From an uncultured Actinomycetota bacterium (GTDB taxonomy: Bacteria > Actinomycetota > Geothermincolia > Geothermincolales > RBG-13-55-18), in the NCBI GenBank assembly GCA_964462595.1, contig CAYWXM010000060.1, positions 9,029 to 73,028 on the forward strand: 64,000 nt of DNA, read 5' to 3'. Positions 26,716-35,982 of the stretch are shown here, one piece after another (the first letter of the stretch is position 1; every line of letters begins with the position of its first letter). The notes under the pieces are model-generated. The model saw only the letters and a program-made list of their open reading frames with translations. It did no database searches and was not told the origin of the DNA. A program made the position numbers and the translations under genes.

Positions 26716-28901
26716 TGAGTAGGATAATCGCAACCGCAGCTATAAAAGGGGCCCACAAGGAGTTAGCCGAGGCCGAACGCTTGTTCAACGAGACGGCCGA
26801 GGCGGCCGGCGCCACCGCCGCGGTGGAGTTCCCCAACACGGGCTACTACCTGCCCATCATCTACGCTCTCACCGGGCATAAGATAGAGAAGGTAGAGGAC
26901 ATGGCCGAGACCCTGAGACTGGCCAAGGAGCTCATGCCGCCGGTGCCCAGGCAGAACCACTGGGTGCCCTATCTGGGGCACACGCTGGACGCGGGCGTCG
27001 CCACCCTCTTCGCGGGGGAGATTATCGAGGGCTGCAAGTACGTCACCAGCCCGCCCGTGGACGATATGTGGCTCGGCGCCGCGGACGACGTGATCATGCG
27101 CGAGCGCGGCGTGGAGTTCGTGGACGGGACAGCCCCCGGTTTCTGTGCCCTTACCGGCATAGCCTCGAACTCGGAGATGGCGGACAAGATAGTGGTGGAG
27201 CTGCTGCAGAAGAACCTGTACGTATGGATGTCAGGTCATATCGAGGGCAGGACCATCACCGAACAGCTCATGGAGGCTGACCGCCAGCTGGGATGGGACA
27301 CGCGCATCGTGCCCTACGGCAAGGAGATGAGTTCGGCGGTGTATTCGCTCGGGTTCGCGGCCAGGGCGGCCATGTCCTTCGGCGGCGCCAAGCCGGGCGA
27401 CTTCAACAAGGTGCTGCGTTACAACAAGAACCGCATATTCGCCTTCGTGCTGGCGCTCGATTACGTTGACGAGCAGAAATACGCCTACGCGGCGGGGGCC
27501 ATAAACTACGGCTTCCCCACCATCGCCAGCTCCAAGATCCCGGAGATCCTCCCCACCGGCGTGTGCACCTACGAGCACGTGGTCTCGGATATCCCCGAGG
27601 AGGAGATCGTGCAGAAGTGCGTCGAGGTGAGGGGGCTCAAGATCCAGATCGCCGAGATCCCCATACCCATGGCCTATGGGCCCGCTTTCGAGGGCGAGGT
27701 GATCCGCAAGGACGACATGTACATACAGTTCGGCGGGAATATCACCCCCGCGTTCGAGTACGTGACGATGAAAGAGATAAGCGAGATCGACGACCACGAT
27801 ATACAGGTAGTGGGGCCGGAGATCGACGACGTCAACGAGGGCGACGCCCTTCCCCTGGGCATCGTGGTGGAAGTGGCCGGGCGCAAGATGCAGGAGGACT
27901 TCGAGTCCATCCTGGAGCGCCAGATACACCACCTCATCAACGGCGCCGAGGGCATCTGGCACATGGGCCAGCGCGACATCGTGTGGACGCGCATCAGCAA
28001 GAAGGCCCAGGCCAAGGGGTTCAAGATCTACCATTACGGCGAGATCATCCACGCCAAGCTCATCAACGACTTCCCCTCCATCGTGGACAAGGTGAAGGTG
28101 ACCATCTACACCAACATCGAGGACGTGGAGAAATGGGAGGCGACGGCCCGCCATTCCTACCGCTACCGCGACGAGAAGACGGCCGGTATGACCGACGATT
28201 CCGTGGACACCTTCTACTCCTGCACCCTGTGCCAGTCCTTCGCCCCCACCCACGTATGCATCATCTCGCCCCAGAGGCTGGGGCTGTGCGGAGCGTACAA
28301 CTGGTTGGACGGCAAAGCGGCGTACGAGATCGATCCCACCGGGCCCAACCAGCCGGTGAAGAAGGGAGACTGCGTCGACGAGACCAGGGGCTCGTGGCCG
28401 GCCGTTGACGAGTTCGTGAAGACGAATTCCGGGGGCAGCGTGGAATCGGTGTACCTGTACACCATGATGGAGAACCCCATGACCTCTTGCGGGTGCTTCG
28501 AGTGCATCGTGGCCTTCCTGCCCATATGCAACGGGGTGATGATCGTCAACCGCGAGCACACCGGCATGACCCCCTGCGGCATGACCTTCTCCACTCTGGC
28601 CAACACGGTGGGGGGCGGCAACGTGACCCCCGGCTTTATCGGCATCGGGAAGGTCTATATAACCTCGAAGAAGTTCATCTCGGCGGACGGAGGCTTCAAG
28701 CGCATAGTGTGGATGCCCAAGGAGCTCAAGGAGATGCTTTCCGAGCAGCTCGCCGCTCGCTGTGAGGACGACGACGTGGCCGACCCCGACTTTATCAGCA
28801 AGGTCGCCGACGAGGAAGTGGGCCTTACGGAGGAGGAGATCCTCCCCTTCCTGGAGGAGAAGGGGCATCCCGCCCTGGCCATGGAGCCGATGCTGACGTA
28901 A
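26715..28901 (+). CDS. acsB: CO-methylating acetyl-CoA synthase catalytic subunit (A-cluster)
   Basis: A-cluster motif CTLCQSFAPTHVCIISPQRLGLCGA; 728 aa; 1-nt overlap with acsA stop. Confidence 0.9.
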   Translation: MSRIIATAAIKGAHKELAEAERLFNETAEAAGATAAVEFPNTGYYLPIIYALTGHKIEKVEDMAETLRLAKELMPPVPRQNHWVPYLGHTLDAGVATLFAGEIIEGCKYVTSPPVDDMWLGAADDVIMRERGVEFVDGTAPGFCALTGIASNSEMADKIVVELLQKNLYVWMSGHIEGRTITEQLMEADRQLGWDTRIVPYGKEMSSAVYSLGFAARAAMSFGGAKPGDFNKVLRYNKNRIFAFVLALDYVDEQKYAYAAGAINYGFPTIASSKIPEILPTGVCTYEHVVSDIPEEEIVQKCVEVRGLKIQIAEIPIPMAYGPAFEGEVIRKDDMYIQFGGNITPAFEYVTMKEISEIDDHDIQVVGPEIDDVNEGDALPLGIVVEVAGRKMQEDFESILERQIHHLINGAEGIWHMGQRDIVWTRISKKAQAKGFKIYHYGEIIHAKLINDFPSIVDKVKVTIYTNIEDVEKWEATARHSYRYRDEKTAGMTDDSVDTFYSCTLCQSFAPTHVCIISPQRLGLCGAYNWLDGKAAYEIDPTGPNQPVKKGDCVDETRGSWPAVDEFVKTNSGGSVESVYLYTMMENPMTSCGCFECIVAFLPICNGVMIVNREHTGMTPCGMTFSTLANTVGGGNVTPGFIGIGKVYITSKKFISADGGFKRIVWMPKELKEMLSEQLAARCEDDDVADPDFISKVADEEVGLTEEEILPFLEEKGHPALAMEPMLT

Positions 28902-28992
28902 GTGGAGCCAAGAGGAGGGGGACCTCGGCCCCCCTCCTCGTTTAAAGATAACGTGGTGGGAAAACCGCTGATCTAGTAGGAAGGAGCTTGTG

Positions 28993-30342
28993 ATGGGACT
29001 TTCGGGCTTGGATATCTTCAAAAAGCTACCCAAGACCAACTGTAAAGAATGCGGCTTCCCGACCTGCCTCGCCTTCGCCATGAAGCTGGCGGCGGGACAG
29101 GCATCGCTCGACCTGTGTCCATACGTTACGGACGAAGTGAGAGCGGAGCTGGCGGAGGCCAGCGCCCCGCCCATCCGCGGGGTTACGGTGGGAACTGGGG
29201 ACGAGGCCTTCAAGGTAGGCGAGGAGCTGGTGCTCTTCCGCCACGAGAAGACCTTCTTCAACCCCGCAGTCTTGGGTGTCTTGATAAGCGATGACATGGA
29301 CGACGCCAAGGTAGACGAACTGGTAAAACAGGTAAACGAGTGCGAGCACGAGCGTGTCGGCGTGATGATGAAAGTAGGGACCATTGCGCTGAAGGCCGCC
29401 TCGGGCGACGCGGGCAAGTTCAAGGCCCTGGTGGAGAAGGTAAAGGGCATGACCAAGAAGCCCCTCATCCTCATGTCCGAGGACGTGGAGGTAATGAAGG
29501 CGGGGGTGGAGGCCGCGGCGGACTTGCGTCCGTTGCTTCATGCCGCCACCGAGGGCAATGCCGATGCCATGGGAGAGTTGGCCAAGGAAAAGGACCTCCC
29601 CCTGGTGGTCAAGTCAGAGGACCTGGAGAAGCTCTCGGAGCTTTCCGAGAAGCTGACCGGCATGGGGGTGAAGGATCTCATTCTCGACCCCTCCCCGCGC
29701 CTCCCGCGCGAGACCTTCAAGGACCTGGTGTCCTTGAGGCGCTCCGCCTTGAACGACAAGTACGCTCCCTTCGGCTTCTCGACCATCACTTTCACCTGCG
29801 AGGAAACGGATGACGAGCTCTACGAGACGGCCCTGGCCAGCATGTACATCTGCAAGTACGGCGGCATAGTTATCATGTCCCACGCCGAACAGTGGAGGAT
29901 GTATCCCCTGCTGGTGCTGATACTGAACATCTTCACGGATCCCCAGCGCCCCATGGCAGTGGATGCCAAGTTCTACGAGATCGGCACGCCGGACGAGATG
30001 AGCCCGGTTATCATAACCACGAACTTCTCCCTCACCTACTTCATCGTCTCCGGCGAGATCGAGGGAAGCAGGATCCCGGCCTGGCTGGGTGTCGTGGACG
30101 TGGACGGCCAGTCCGTGCTCACCGCCTGGGCGGCGGGCAAGTTCGTGCCCGAAGTGATAGCGAAGTTCGTCAACACCTCGGGAATAGCGGACAAGGTCAA
30201 GCACCGCAAGCTGATCATCCCCGGCTACGTGGCCCAGATCTCGGGCGAGCTGGAGGAGGAACTGCCCGATTGGGAGATAGTCATCGGCACCAGGGAGGCG
30301 GCGGACCTGCCGGCTTTCCTGCGTCAGTTCTCGACCTCCTAG
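28993..30342 (+). CDS. acsC: corrinoid iron-sulfur protein large (gamma) subunit
   Basis: N-terminal 4Fe-4S motif CKECGFPTCLAFAMKLA...C; AGGAAGGAG RBS. Confidence 0.85.
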   Translation: MGLSGLDIFKKLPKTNCKECGFPTCLAFAMKLAAGQASLDLCPYVTDEVRAELAEASAPPIRGVTVGTGDEAFKVGEELVLFRHEKTFFNPAVLGVLISDDMDDAKVDELVKQVNECEHERVGVMMKVGTIALKAASGDAGKFKALVEKVKGMTKKPLILMSEDVEVMKAGVEAAADLRPLLHAATEGNADAMGELAKEKDLPLVVKSEDLEKLSELSEKLTGMGVKDLILDPSPRLPRETFKDLVSLRRSALNDKYAPFGFSTITFTCEETDDELYETALASMYICKYGGIVIMSHAEQWRMYPLLVLILNIFTDPQRPMAVDAKFYEIGTPDEMSPVIITTNFSLTYFIVSGEIEGSRIPAWLGVVDVDGQSVLTAWAAGKFVPEVIAKFVNTSGIADKVKHRKLIIPGYVAQISGELEEELPDWEIVIGTREAADLPAFLRQFSTS

Positions 30343-30453
30343 GCGGCACGATAAAGCGAGCGGCGGCCGGTTTCATAAAAGCCGCATCTGAAGACCGACC
30401 GGCGCTGTATGATGATGCGGCAACGATTACAGTATAGAGGAGGAACGCAAGAG

Positions 30454-31122
30454 ATGATCATCACCACATCGAAACCCTTCGAGGAGGTATTGAAACAACT
30501 CGAGGGGGAGGACAAGGTGTTCATAGTCGGGTGTGGCTTGTGCGCCACCGACTGCGAGACGGGCGGCGAGCCGCAGGTTGCCGAGATGAAGGCCAGGCTC
30601 GAGGCCGAGGGCAAGATGGTGACCGGGACCATCGTCTTCGACGAGGTATGTCACGAGCTCAACACCAAGCGTAAGTTCCGGGAGAACAAGGAGGCGGTGG
30701 AGGCCGCTGATAGTTACGTGGTCATGGCGTGTGGCGCCGGCACCCAGTCAGTGCGCGAGTGCACGGAAAAGGCAGTGCACTCCGCCAACAACACCGTCTT
30801 TCTGGGCAATATCCAGAGACACGGGCAGTTCGTGGAGAAGTGCTCCCTGTGCGGTGACTGCGTGCTGGAGGATTTCGGGGCCATCTGCCCGGTGACCCGC
30901 TGCCACAAGGGTATCCTCAACGGGCCCTGCGGCGGCACCGACGACGGCAAGTGCGAGACGGACAAGGAAAAGGACTGCGCCTGGACCTTGATCTACAACC
31001 AGCTGGAGAAGATGGGCAAGCTCGACCGCTTCAAGCGCATATACGGCCTCAAGAACTGGCAGGCCAGCATGAAGCCGGGAAGGGTCATGTTCGAGAGGAA
31101 GGGCAAGGAGGTGGGCGAGTAA
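30454..31122 (+). CDS. metV: methylene-THF reductase C-terminal-domain (zinc-ribbon/FeS) subunit MetV
   Basis: Cys clusters GCGLCATDCE and CSLCGDCV...CPV..C; immediately upstream of metF (2-nt gap). Confidence 0.75.
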   Translation: MIITTSKPFEEVLKQLEGEDKVFIVGCGLCATDCETGGEPQVAEMKARLEAEGKMVTGTIVFDEVCHELNTKRKFRENKEAVEAADSYVVMACGAGTQSVRECTEKAVHSANNTVFLGNIQRHGQFVEKCSLCGDCVLEDFGAICPVTRCHKGILNGPCGGTDDGKCETDKEKDCAWTLIYNQLEKMGKLDRFKRIYGLKNWQASMKPGRVMFERKGKEVGE

Positions 31123-31123
31123 G

Positions 31124-32053
31124 ATGACGTTACTTATTGACAAGCACCTCAAGCCCGGTATCCAGGAGATACTGGAATCCGGCACCTTCCTGGTCACGGG
31201 AGAGATCGGACCCCCCAAGGGGACGGACATCGACGAGATGATCGGGCATATCGACCTGCTCAAGGACAAGGTGCACGCCATGAACATCACGGACAACCAG
31301 TCCTCGGTGATGCGCTATCCCTCCCTGGGCACGGCCCTGATCATCAAGGAACACGGCGGTGAGCCCAACCTGCAGGTGACCTGCCGCGACCGCAACCGCC
31401 TGGCCATCGAGGCGGACCTGCTGTTCGCATATACCCGCGGTATCCGCAGCGTGCTATGCCTCACCGGCGACTCCATCCCGGTAGGTGACCACAAGGAAGC
31501 CAAGGCGGTCTTCGATTGCGAGAGCGTGCAACTCCTGCAGATGATCGGCAACATGGAAGAGGGCAAGGACTCCGGCGGAAACGAGATGAAGGGCGGCGTG
31601 GAGTTCTACAAGGGCGCTATCGTCACTCCGGAAGCACACCCCATAGAGCCCCAGATGCTCAAGTTCGAGAAGAAGATCGAGGCGGGGGCGCAATGGTTCC
31701 AGACCCAGGCCGTCTACGACATGGATAACTTCAAGCGCTTCATGGAACAGGCCCGCAAGATCAGCGACAAGGTGAAGATATGCGCGGGGCTCGTTCTCCT
31801 TACCAGCATGGGAGCCATAAGGTACATGAACGCCAACGTCCCCGGCGTCTTCGTTCCGGATAACCTGGTGCAGGAGATGACGGACGCGCCCAAGGGCGAG
31901 GCTCTCAATACGGGGATCAGGATCATGGCCCGCCAGATACGCCAGTGCATCGACGAGGAGCTCTGCGACGGCGTGCATATCATGGCTATCGGAAAAGAGG
32001 GCGCGGTGCCGCAGATCCTCGACGAGGCCGGCGTGGACATCTCCAAGATGTAG
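31124..32053 (+). CDS. metF: 5,10-methylene-tetrahydrofolate reductase
   Basis: MTHFR TIM-barrel, ~309 aa, conserved ...ITDNQS..., LCLTGD motifs. Confidence 0.85.
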   Translation: MTLLIDKHLKPGIQEILESGTFLVTGEIGPPKGTDIDEMIGHIDLLKDKVHAMNITDNQSSVMRYPSLGTALIIKEHGGEPNLQVTCRDRNRLAIEADLLFAYTRGIRSVLCLTGDSIPVGDHKEAKAVFDCESVQLLQMIGNMEEGKDSGGNEMKGGVEFYKGAIVTPEAHPIEPQMLKFEKKIEAGAQWFQTQAVYDMDNFKRFMEQARKISDKVKICAGLVLLTSMGAIRYMNANVPGVFVPDNLVQEMTDAPKGEALNTGIRIMARQIRQCIDEELCDGVHIMAIGKEGAVPQILDEAGVDISKM

Positions 32054-32101
32054 CATGGGTCTTACGATCCGAAATTGGTCCGAGGTAAAGGAAACACGCA
32101 G

Positions 32102-32201
32102 ACGTATTCGTGCCAGGCCTGCACGTTGGGAAGCGTGGAGGCGCTGGCACCGTCGCGTCACCCTTCGGGTGCCGCTGTCGCTTACGCGATGCAAACCACA
32201 T
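32102..32201 (+). repeat. copy A of intergenic repeat family (ACGTATNCGTGCCRGGCC ... GC hairpin ... TCGCTTACGCGATGCAAACCACAT)
   Basis: Shares 5' and 3' terminal motifs with copies at 10436-10574 and 53270-53363. Confidence 0.6.
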
Positions 32202-32323
32202 TGGTGATTGCACAGGCGCGTGGGTTATGGGTCGGGGCATGAGTGCGCAGACGTGCGATCTGTGGATCGAGGCGTAGTTGAGTAAACGGGCGGGTTATGG
32301 ATAGAGGCGTTGGGTGGTAGGTA

Positions 32324-33358
32324 ATGGGAAATTGGGAACCGGCCATGATGGCCTCGGCCATAGGCAGCCTTCCGCACCTTGACCCGGAAGAAGCCTGCGA
32401 GGTGACGCTCGAATACCTCGAGGAGGCCCCGACGTGGCCCCAATTGCCGCGGCGGGATTTTCGCGAGAATATGTATGCCCAGTTCAGCGAGGGTTTTCCC
32501 GGTGTCGTGGTGGATATGGAGAGACGCAAGGTATTTTGCGATACCTCGGTCGATCTCCTGCCGCAGATAGAGGGCGTTTACCGGGCTTACCTGGAGGGCG
32601 ATCATTCCAGCATGTCGGTGGGGATAGATTACGCCGCCGGGCTGCATGCCTTCGCGGAGAGAGTAAAGAAGGAGGGTAAGGTATATCCCATCCTCAAAGG
32701 GCAGGTCACCGGGCCCATTAGCTTTGGTTTAACGGTCATGGATGAGAACAACCGGCCTATCCTTTATAACGACGAGCTGGCCGATGCCATGGTGAAACTG
32801 CTCAATCTCAAGGCGAGATGGATGGAGGAGTTCCTGCGGCAGACCGGCGCGGCCGAAGAGGTCCTTATATTCTTTGATGAACCATACCTGGTTTCGGTGG
32901 GCTCGGCCCTGGTGAGCGTAAGCGAGGATCGTGTGCTGGACTCGCTGCGTCTATGCGCGGAGGGATTGACCTGCCTGACGGGGACACATTGCTGCGGCAA
33001 CACGGATTGGTCCCTGCTTTTCAAGACGGGCCTCCAGGTGGTGAACTTCGATGCTTTCCTTTATATGGACAGCATGGCCCTGTATCCCGCGGAACTGGCG
33101 GATTTCCTGCAGCGGGGCGGGGTCCTGGCATGGGGACTGGTGGTGAACAAGCCGGAAGTGGAGGGCGAGAGCGTGGACAGCCTGGCCCGACGTTTTGAAG
33201 AGGGCGTTGACCTGCTGGTATCGAGGGGAGTGCCCAGGGACCTTATCATGGAAAGGGCGATGATCACCCCCTCGTGCGGCCTGGAAGGCGTATCGCCGTC
33301 TCAGGCGGAGAGGGCATATATGCTGACCGCCGAGCTTTCGCGCCGCCTGCGGGGCTGA
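32324..33358 (+). CDS. MetE C-terminal-domain-like (Meth_synt_2 family) zinc-dependent methyltransferase, 'core-MetE'
   Basis: IFFDEPYL (cf. IQIDEPA), zinc ligands H..C in GTHCCGNTDW, later Glu and SPSCGLEG (cf. DCGL). Confidence 0.55.
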   Translation: MGNWEPAMMASAIGSLPHLDPEEACEVTLEYLEEAPTWPQLPRRDFRENMYAQFSEGFPGVVVDMERRKVFCDTSVDLLPQIEGVYRAYLEGDHSSMSVGIDYAAGLHAFAERVKKEGKVYPILKGQVTGPISFGLTVMDENNRPILYNDELADAMVKLLNLKARWMEEFLRQTGAAEEVLIFFDEPYLVSVGSALVSVSEDRVLDSLRLCAEGLTCLTGTHCCGNTDWSLLFKTGLQVVNFDAFLYMDSMALYPAELADFLQRGGVLAWGLVVNKPEVEGESVDSLARRFEEGVDLLVSRGVPRDLIMERAMITPSCGLEGVSPSQAERAYMLTAELSRRLRG

Positions 33359-33365
33359 GGATGCG

Positions 33366-34358
33366 TTGGAATTGAGCTGTGGAGGAAGCTTGGATAAAGG
33401 GGACCGCTTGCCACAAGGGGAACGGGAAAGGCATTACGACCAGCGCCTGCCGCGCTGGCTGCACCGACCCATTCATGCCGGGAGGAACATGCGCGAGGTA
33501 GACAGCATACTGCGCAGCCTCGAGCTCCATACCGTCTGTGAGAGCGCGAAATGCCCCAACCGCATGGAATGTTTCTCCTCCCGCACCGCAACCTTCATGC
33601 TCCTGGGCGAGGTCTGCACGCGCAACTGTTCGTTCTGTTCGGTGGCCAAGGGCGTGCCCAGGGATGTGGATGCCGGAGAGCCGAAGAGGGTGGCCGAAGC
33701 CGCGGTTTCCCTGGGCCTGCAGCACGTGGTCATGACCAGCGTGACGCGGGACGATCTCGAGGACGGCGGAGCGGGCCATTTCGCGGCAGCCATCCGTGCC
33801 ATAAGAAAACACCTGCCGCTTGCTTCGGTGGAGGTACTGACCCCCGATTTTAAAGGAGGCCTGGATGCGCTACGCGTGGTCCTCTCCGAGAAGCCGGATG
33901 TGTTCAATCACAACCTCGAGACGGTGGAGGAGCTTTACCCCGGTGTGCGTCCGCAGGCAGACTACGCCAGGTCTCTCGAGCTGTTGAGGGTTGCCGGCGA
34001 TATCTGCCCCGACGTCAGCATCAAGAGCGGCATCATGGTCGGCCTGGGTGAAACCCGCGCCCAGCTCGTGAGGCTTTTCCGCGACCTGTCGGAGGCGGGT
34101 TGTGATATGCTCACCATCGGGCAGTATCTGCGGCCGTCGAAACAGCAGATGAAGGTCGTGAGGTTCCTTCCCCCGCACGAATTCGATGAGCTGGCCGGGG
34201 AGGCGGAGGAGGCCGGCATCCCGCTGGTGGCCTCGGCGCCTTTCGTGCGCAGTTCCTACCGGGCGAAGGAGCTTTTGTATAGGAGGGAAAAACAGTGGGC
34301 CGCACGGGCGGCCGCAGGCTTAACCAAGGAGGAGGAACGATATGCTGATCATCGGTGA
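33366..34358 (+). CDS. lipA: lipoyl synthase (radical SAM); start uncertain (TTG 33366 or TTG 33408)
   Basis: LipA-specific N-terminal cluster CESAKCPNRMEC plus radical-SAM CTRNCSFC. Confidence 0.8.
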   Translation: MELSCGGSLDKGDRLPQGERERHYDQRLPRWLHRPIHAGRNMREVDSILRSLELHTVCESAKCPNRMECFSSRTATFMLLGEVCTRNCSFCSVAKGVPRDVDAGEPKRVAEAAVSLGLQHVVMTSVTRDDLEDGGAGHFAAAIRAIRKHLPLASVEVLTPDFKGGLDALRVVLSEKPDVFNHNLETVEELYPGVRPQADYARSLELLRVAGDICPDVSIKSGIMVGLGETRAQLVRLFRDLSEAGCDMLTIGQYLRPSKQQMKVVRFLPPHEFDELAGEAEEAGIPLVASAPFVRSSYRAKELLYRREKQWAARAAAGLTKEEERYADHR

Positions 34359-35226
34359 AAAGGTAAACGTGATGATGAAGGTCATCGGGGCCGCCATCAA
34401 GGAACGCGATAAGAAGCCCATTCAGGAAATGGCTCTGCTTCAGGCGGAAGGCGGAGCGAACTGGCTTGATATAAACCTGGGGCCCGCCACCAAGGAAGGG
34501 CCGGAAAAGATGCGTTTCGTGGTGGATGCGGTGCAGGAGGTAACCGACCTGCCCCTGGCTCTGGACACCATGAACGTGGAAGCTATGCAGGCGGGACTCG
34601 AGGCGGTCAAGGGCGAGGTCATGATCAACTCCATCTCCGCGCAGCAGGATCGTATGGAGCAGCTTATGCCCATGGCCATCAAGTACAACGCCTGGATGGT
34701 GGGGCTGGTGCTCAATGCCCAGGGAAACGTCCCCCGTGATGCCAGCGAGAGGGTGGAGGTAGCCTACAACATCCTGAGCATCGCCAAGGAATACGGCGTG
34801 CCCATGGACAAGATCCTCATCGACCCCATCGTGCTGCCTATAAGCGTCACCCAGGACCAGGTGCATGCGCTCGTTGACGCCATGGACATGCTGGAAGGCG
34901 TCTTTTCCGAGTTCGATCCGTCGCCGGGGACCGTGGTGGGGCTTTCAAACGTCTCCAACAGCGTGCCGGACAGCGAATTGTGCAGCCTCATCAACCGTAC
35001 CCTGCTCGGCGTGCTCATGGCCAAAGGCCTGACGGCGGCGATAGTCGATCCCAACGATGAAGAGCTCATGGGTATTATAAACAAGAACAACGAGTACCAG
35101 ATAATCGAGAAGATCGTTAAGGGCGAAGAGGTGGACGACAGCGATCCCCTCACCATAAAACTGCACAAGACGTACAAGGTCCTCATCGAGGAGACACTTT
35201 ACGCACATTCTTACCTGGAGCTGTAA
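34342..35226 (+). CDS. acsE: methyltetrahydrofolate:corrinoid/iron-sulfur protein methyltransferase (pterin-binding)
   Basis: Pterin-binding TIM barrel: LIIGEKVN, LDINLGP, MINSIS; 294 aa. Confidence 0.85.
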   Translation: MLIIGEKVNVMMKVIGAAIKERDKKPIQEMALLQAEGGANWLDINLGPATKEGPEKMRFVVDAVQEVTDLPLALDTMNVEAMQAGLEAVKGEVMINSISAQQDRMEQLMPMAIKYNAWMVGLVLNAQGNVPRDASERVEVAYNILSIAKEYGVPMDKILIDPIVLPISVTQDQVHALVDAMDMLEGVFSEFDPSPGTVVGLSNVSNSVPDSELCSLINRTLLGVLMAKGLTAAIVDPNDEELMGIINKNNEYQIIEKIVKGEEVDDSDPLTIKLHKTYKVLIEETLYAHSYLEL

Positions 35227-35460
35227 GAGGATACGAGGGAGGAAGATAACGGGAGTCGAGGCCATTTTTCTCGCGGCCCCAATCCCCGGCCGGGGCGTGA
35301 ATGGCGGATAACGCGAGCTGGTGCAGGTCCTGGCATCTCGCGCTGCGGCGCGTAAGCGGGACCGGACCCCGGGCTTGCGGCGCAGAACGCCTAACCCGGC
35401 CACATCCCGCGGGAAACAGACAGAGCGTTGGTTGTTAGTGGGAGGAAATGGGAGAAAAAA

Positions 35461-35982
35461 ATGAATGACGCACCTGGTGGAGGCAAACAACGCTTCGCGG
35501 ACCCCGATGATCTCGCGCCGTTGCAGGAGGTCCTGGACAGGTACAAGGAGGAAAAGGGAGCTCTCATCCCCCTGCTTCAGGACGCCCAGGAGGCGTACGG
35601 GTATCTGGACGAAAGGGTGATGAGGGCCCTGGCCAGGGGAGCTGGCTATCAGCTCAGCCAGGTGTACGGAGTCGCTACCTTTTATACGCAGTTCAGGTTG
35701 GAGCCCATAGGGGAGCACCTCATAAGGGTCTGCCACGGCACGGCATGCCACGTGGCAGGCGCGGAGCTCATCTCCGAGGAGATATCGAACTTCCTGGGCA
35801 TAAAGGACGGACAGACCACCCCGGACGGGAAGTTCACCCTGGAGTCGGTGATGTGCGTGGGTGCATGTTCGCTGTCGCCTATCATGATCGTGGACGGGGA
35901 TACGCACGGCAAGCTGAAGGCGGCGAACGTGCGCAAGATCATCAAGAAGTACAAGGGCGATAGCGGGGAGACGGAAGAATGA
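35461..35982 (+). CDS. nuoE: NuoE-like 2Fe-2S subunit of NAD(P)-dependent formate dehydrogenase/hydrogenase
   Basis: Thioredoxin-like [2Fe-2S] motif CHGTACH...CVGACSLSP. Confidence 0.8.
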   Translation: MNDAPGGGKQRFADPDDLAPLQEVLDRYKEEKGALIPLLQDAQEAYGYLDERVMRALARGAGYQLSQVYGVATFYTQFRLEPIGEHLIRVCHGTACHVAGAELISEEISNFLGIKDGQTTPDGKFTLESVMCVGACSLSPIMIVDGDTHGKLKAANVRKIIKKYKGDSGETEE

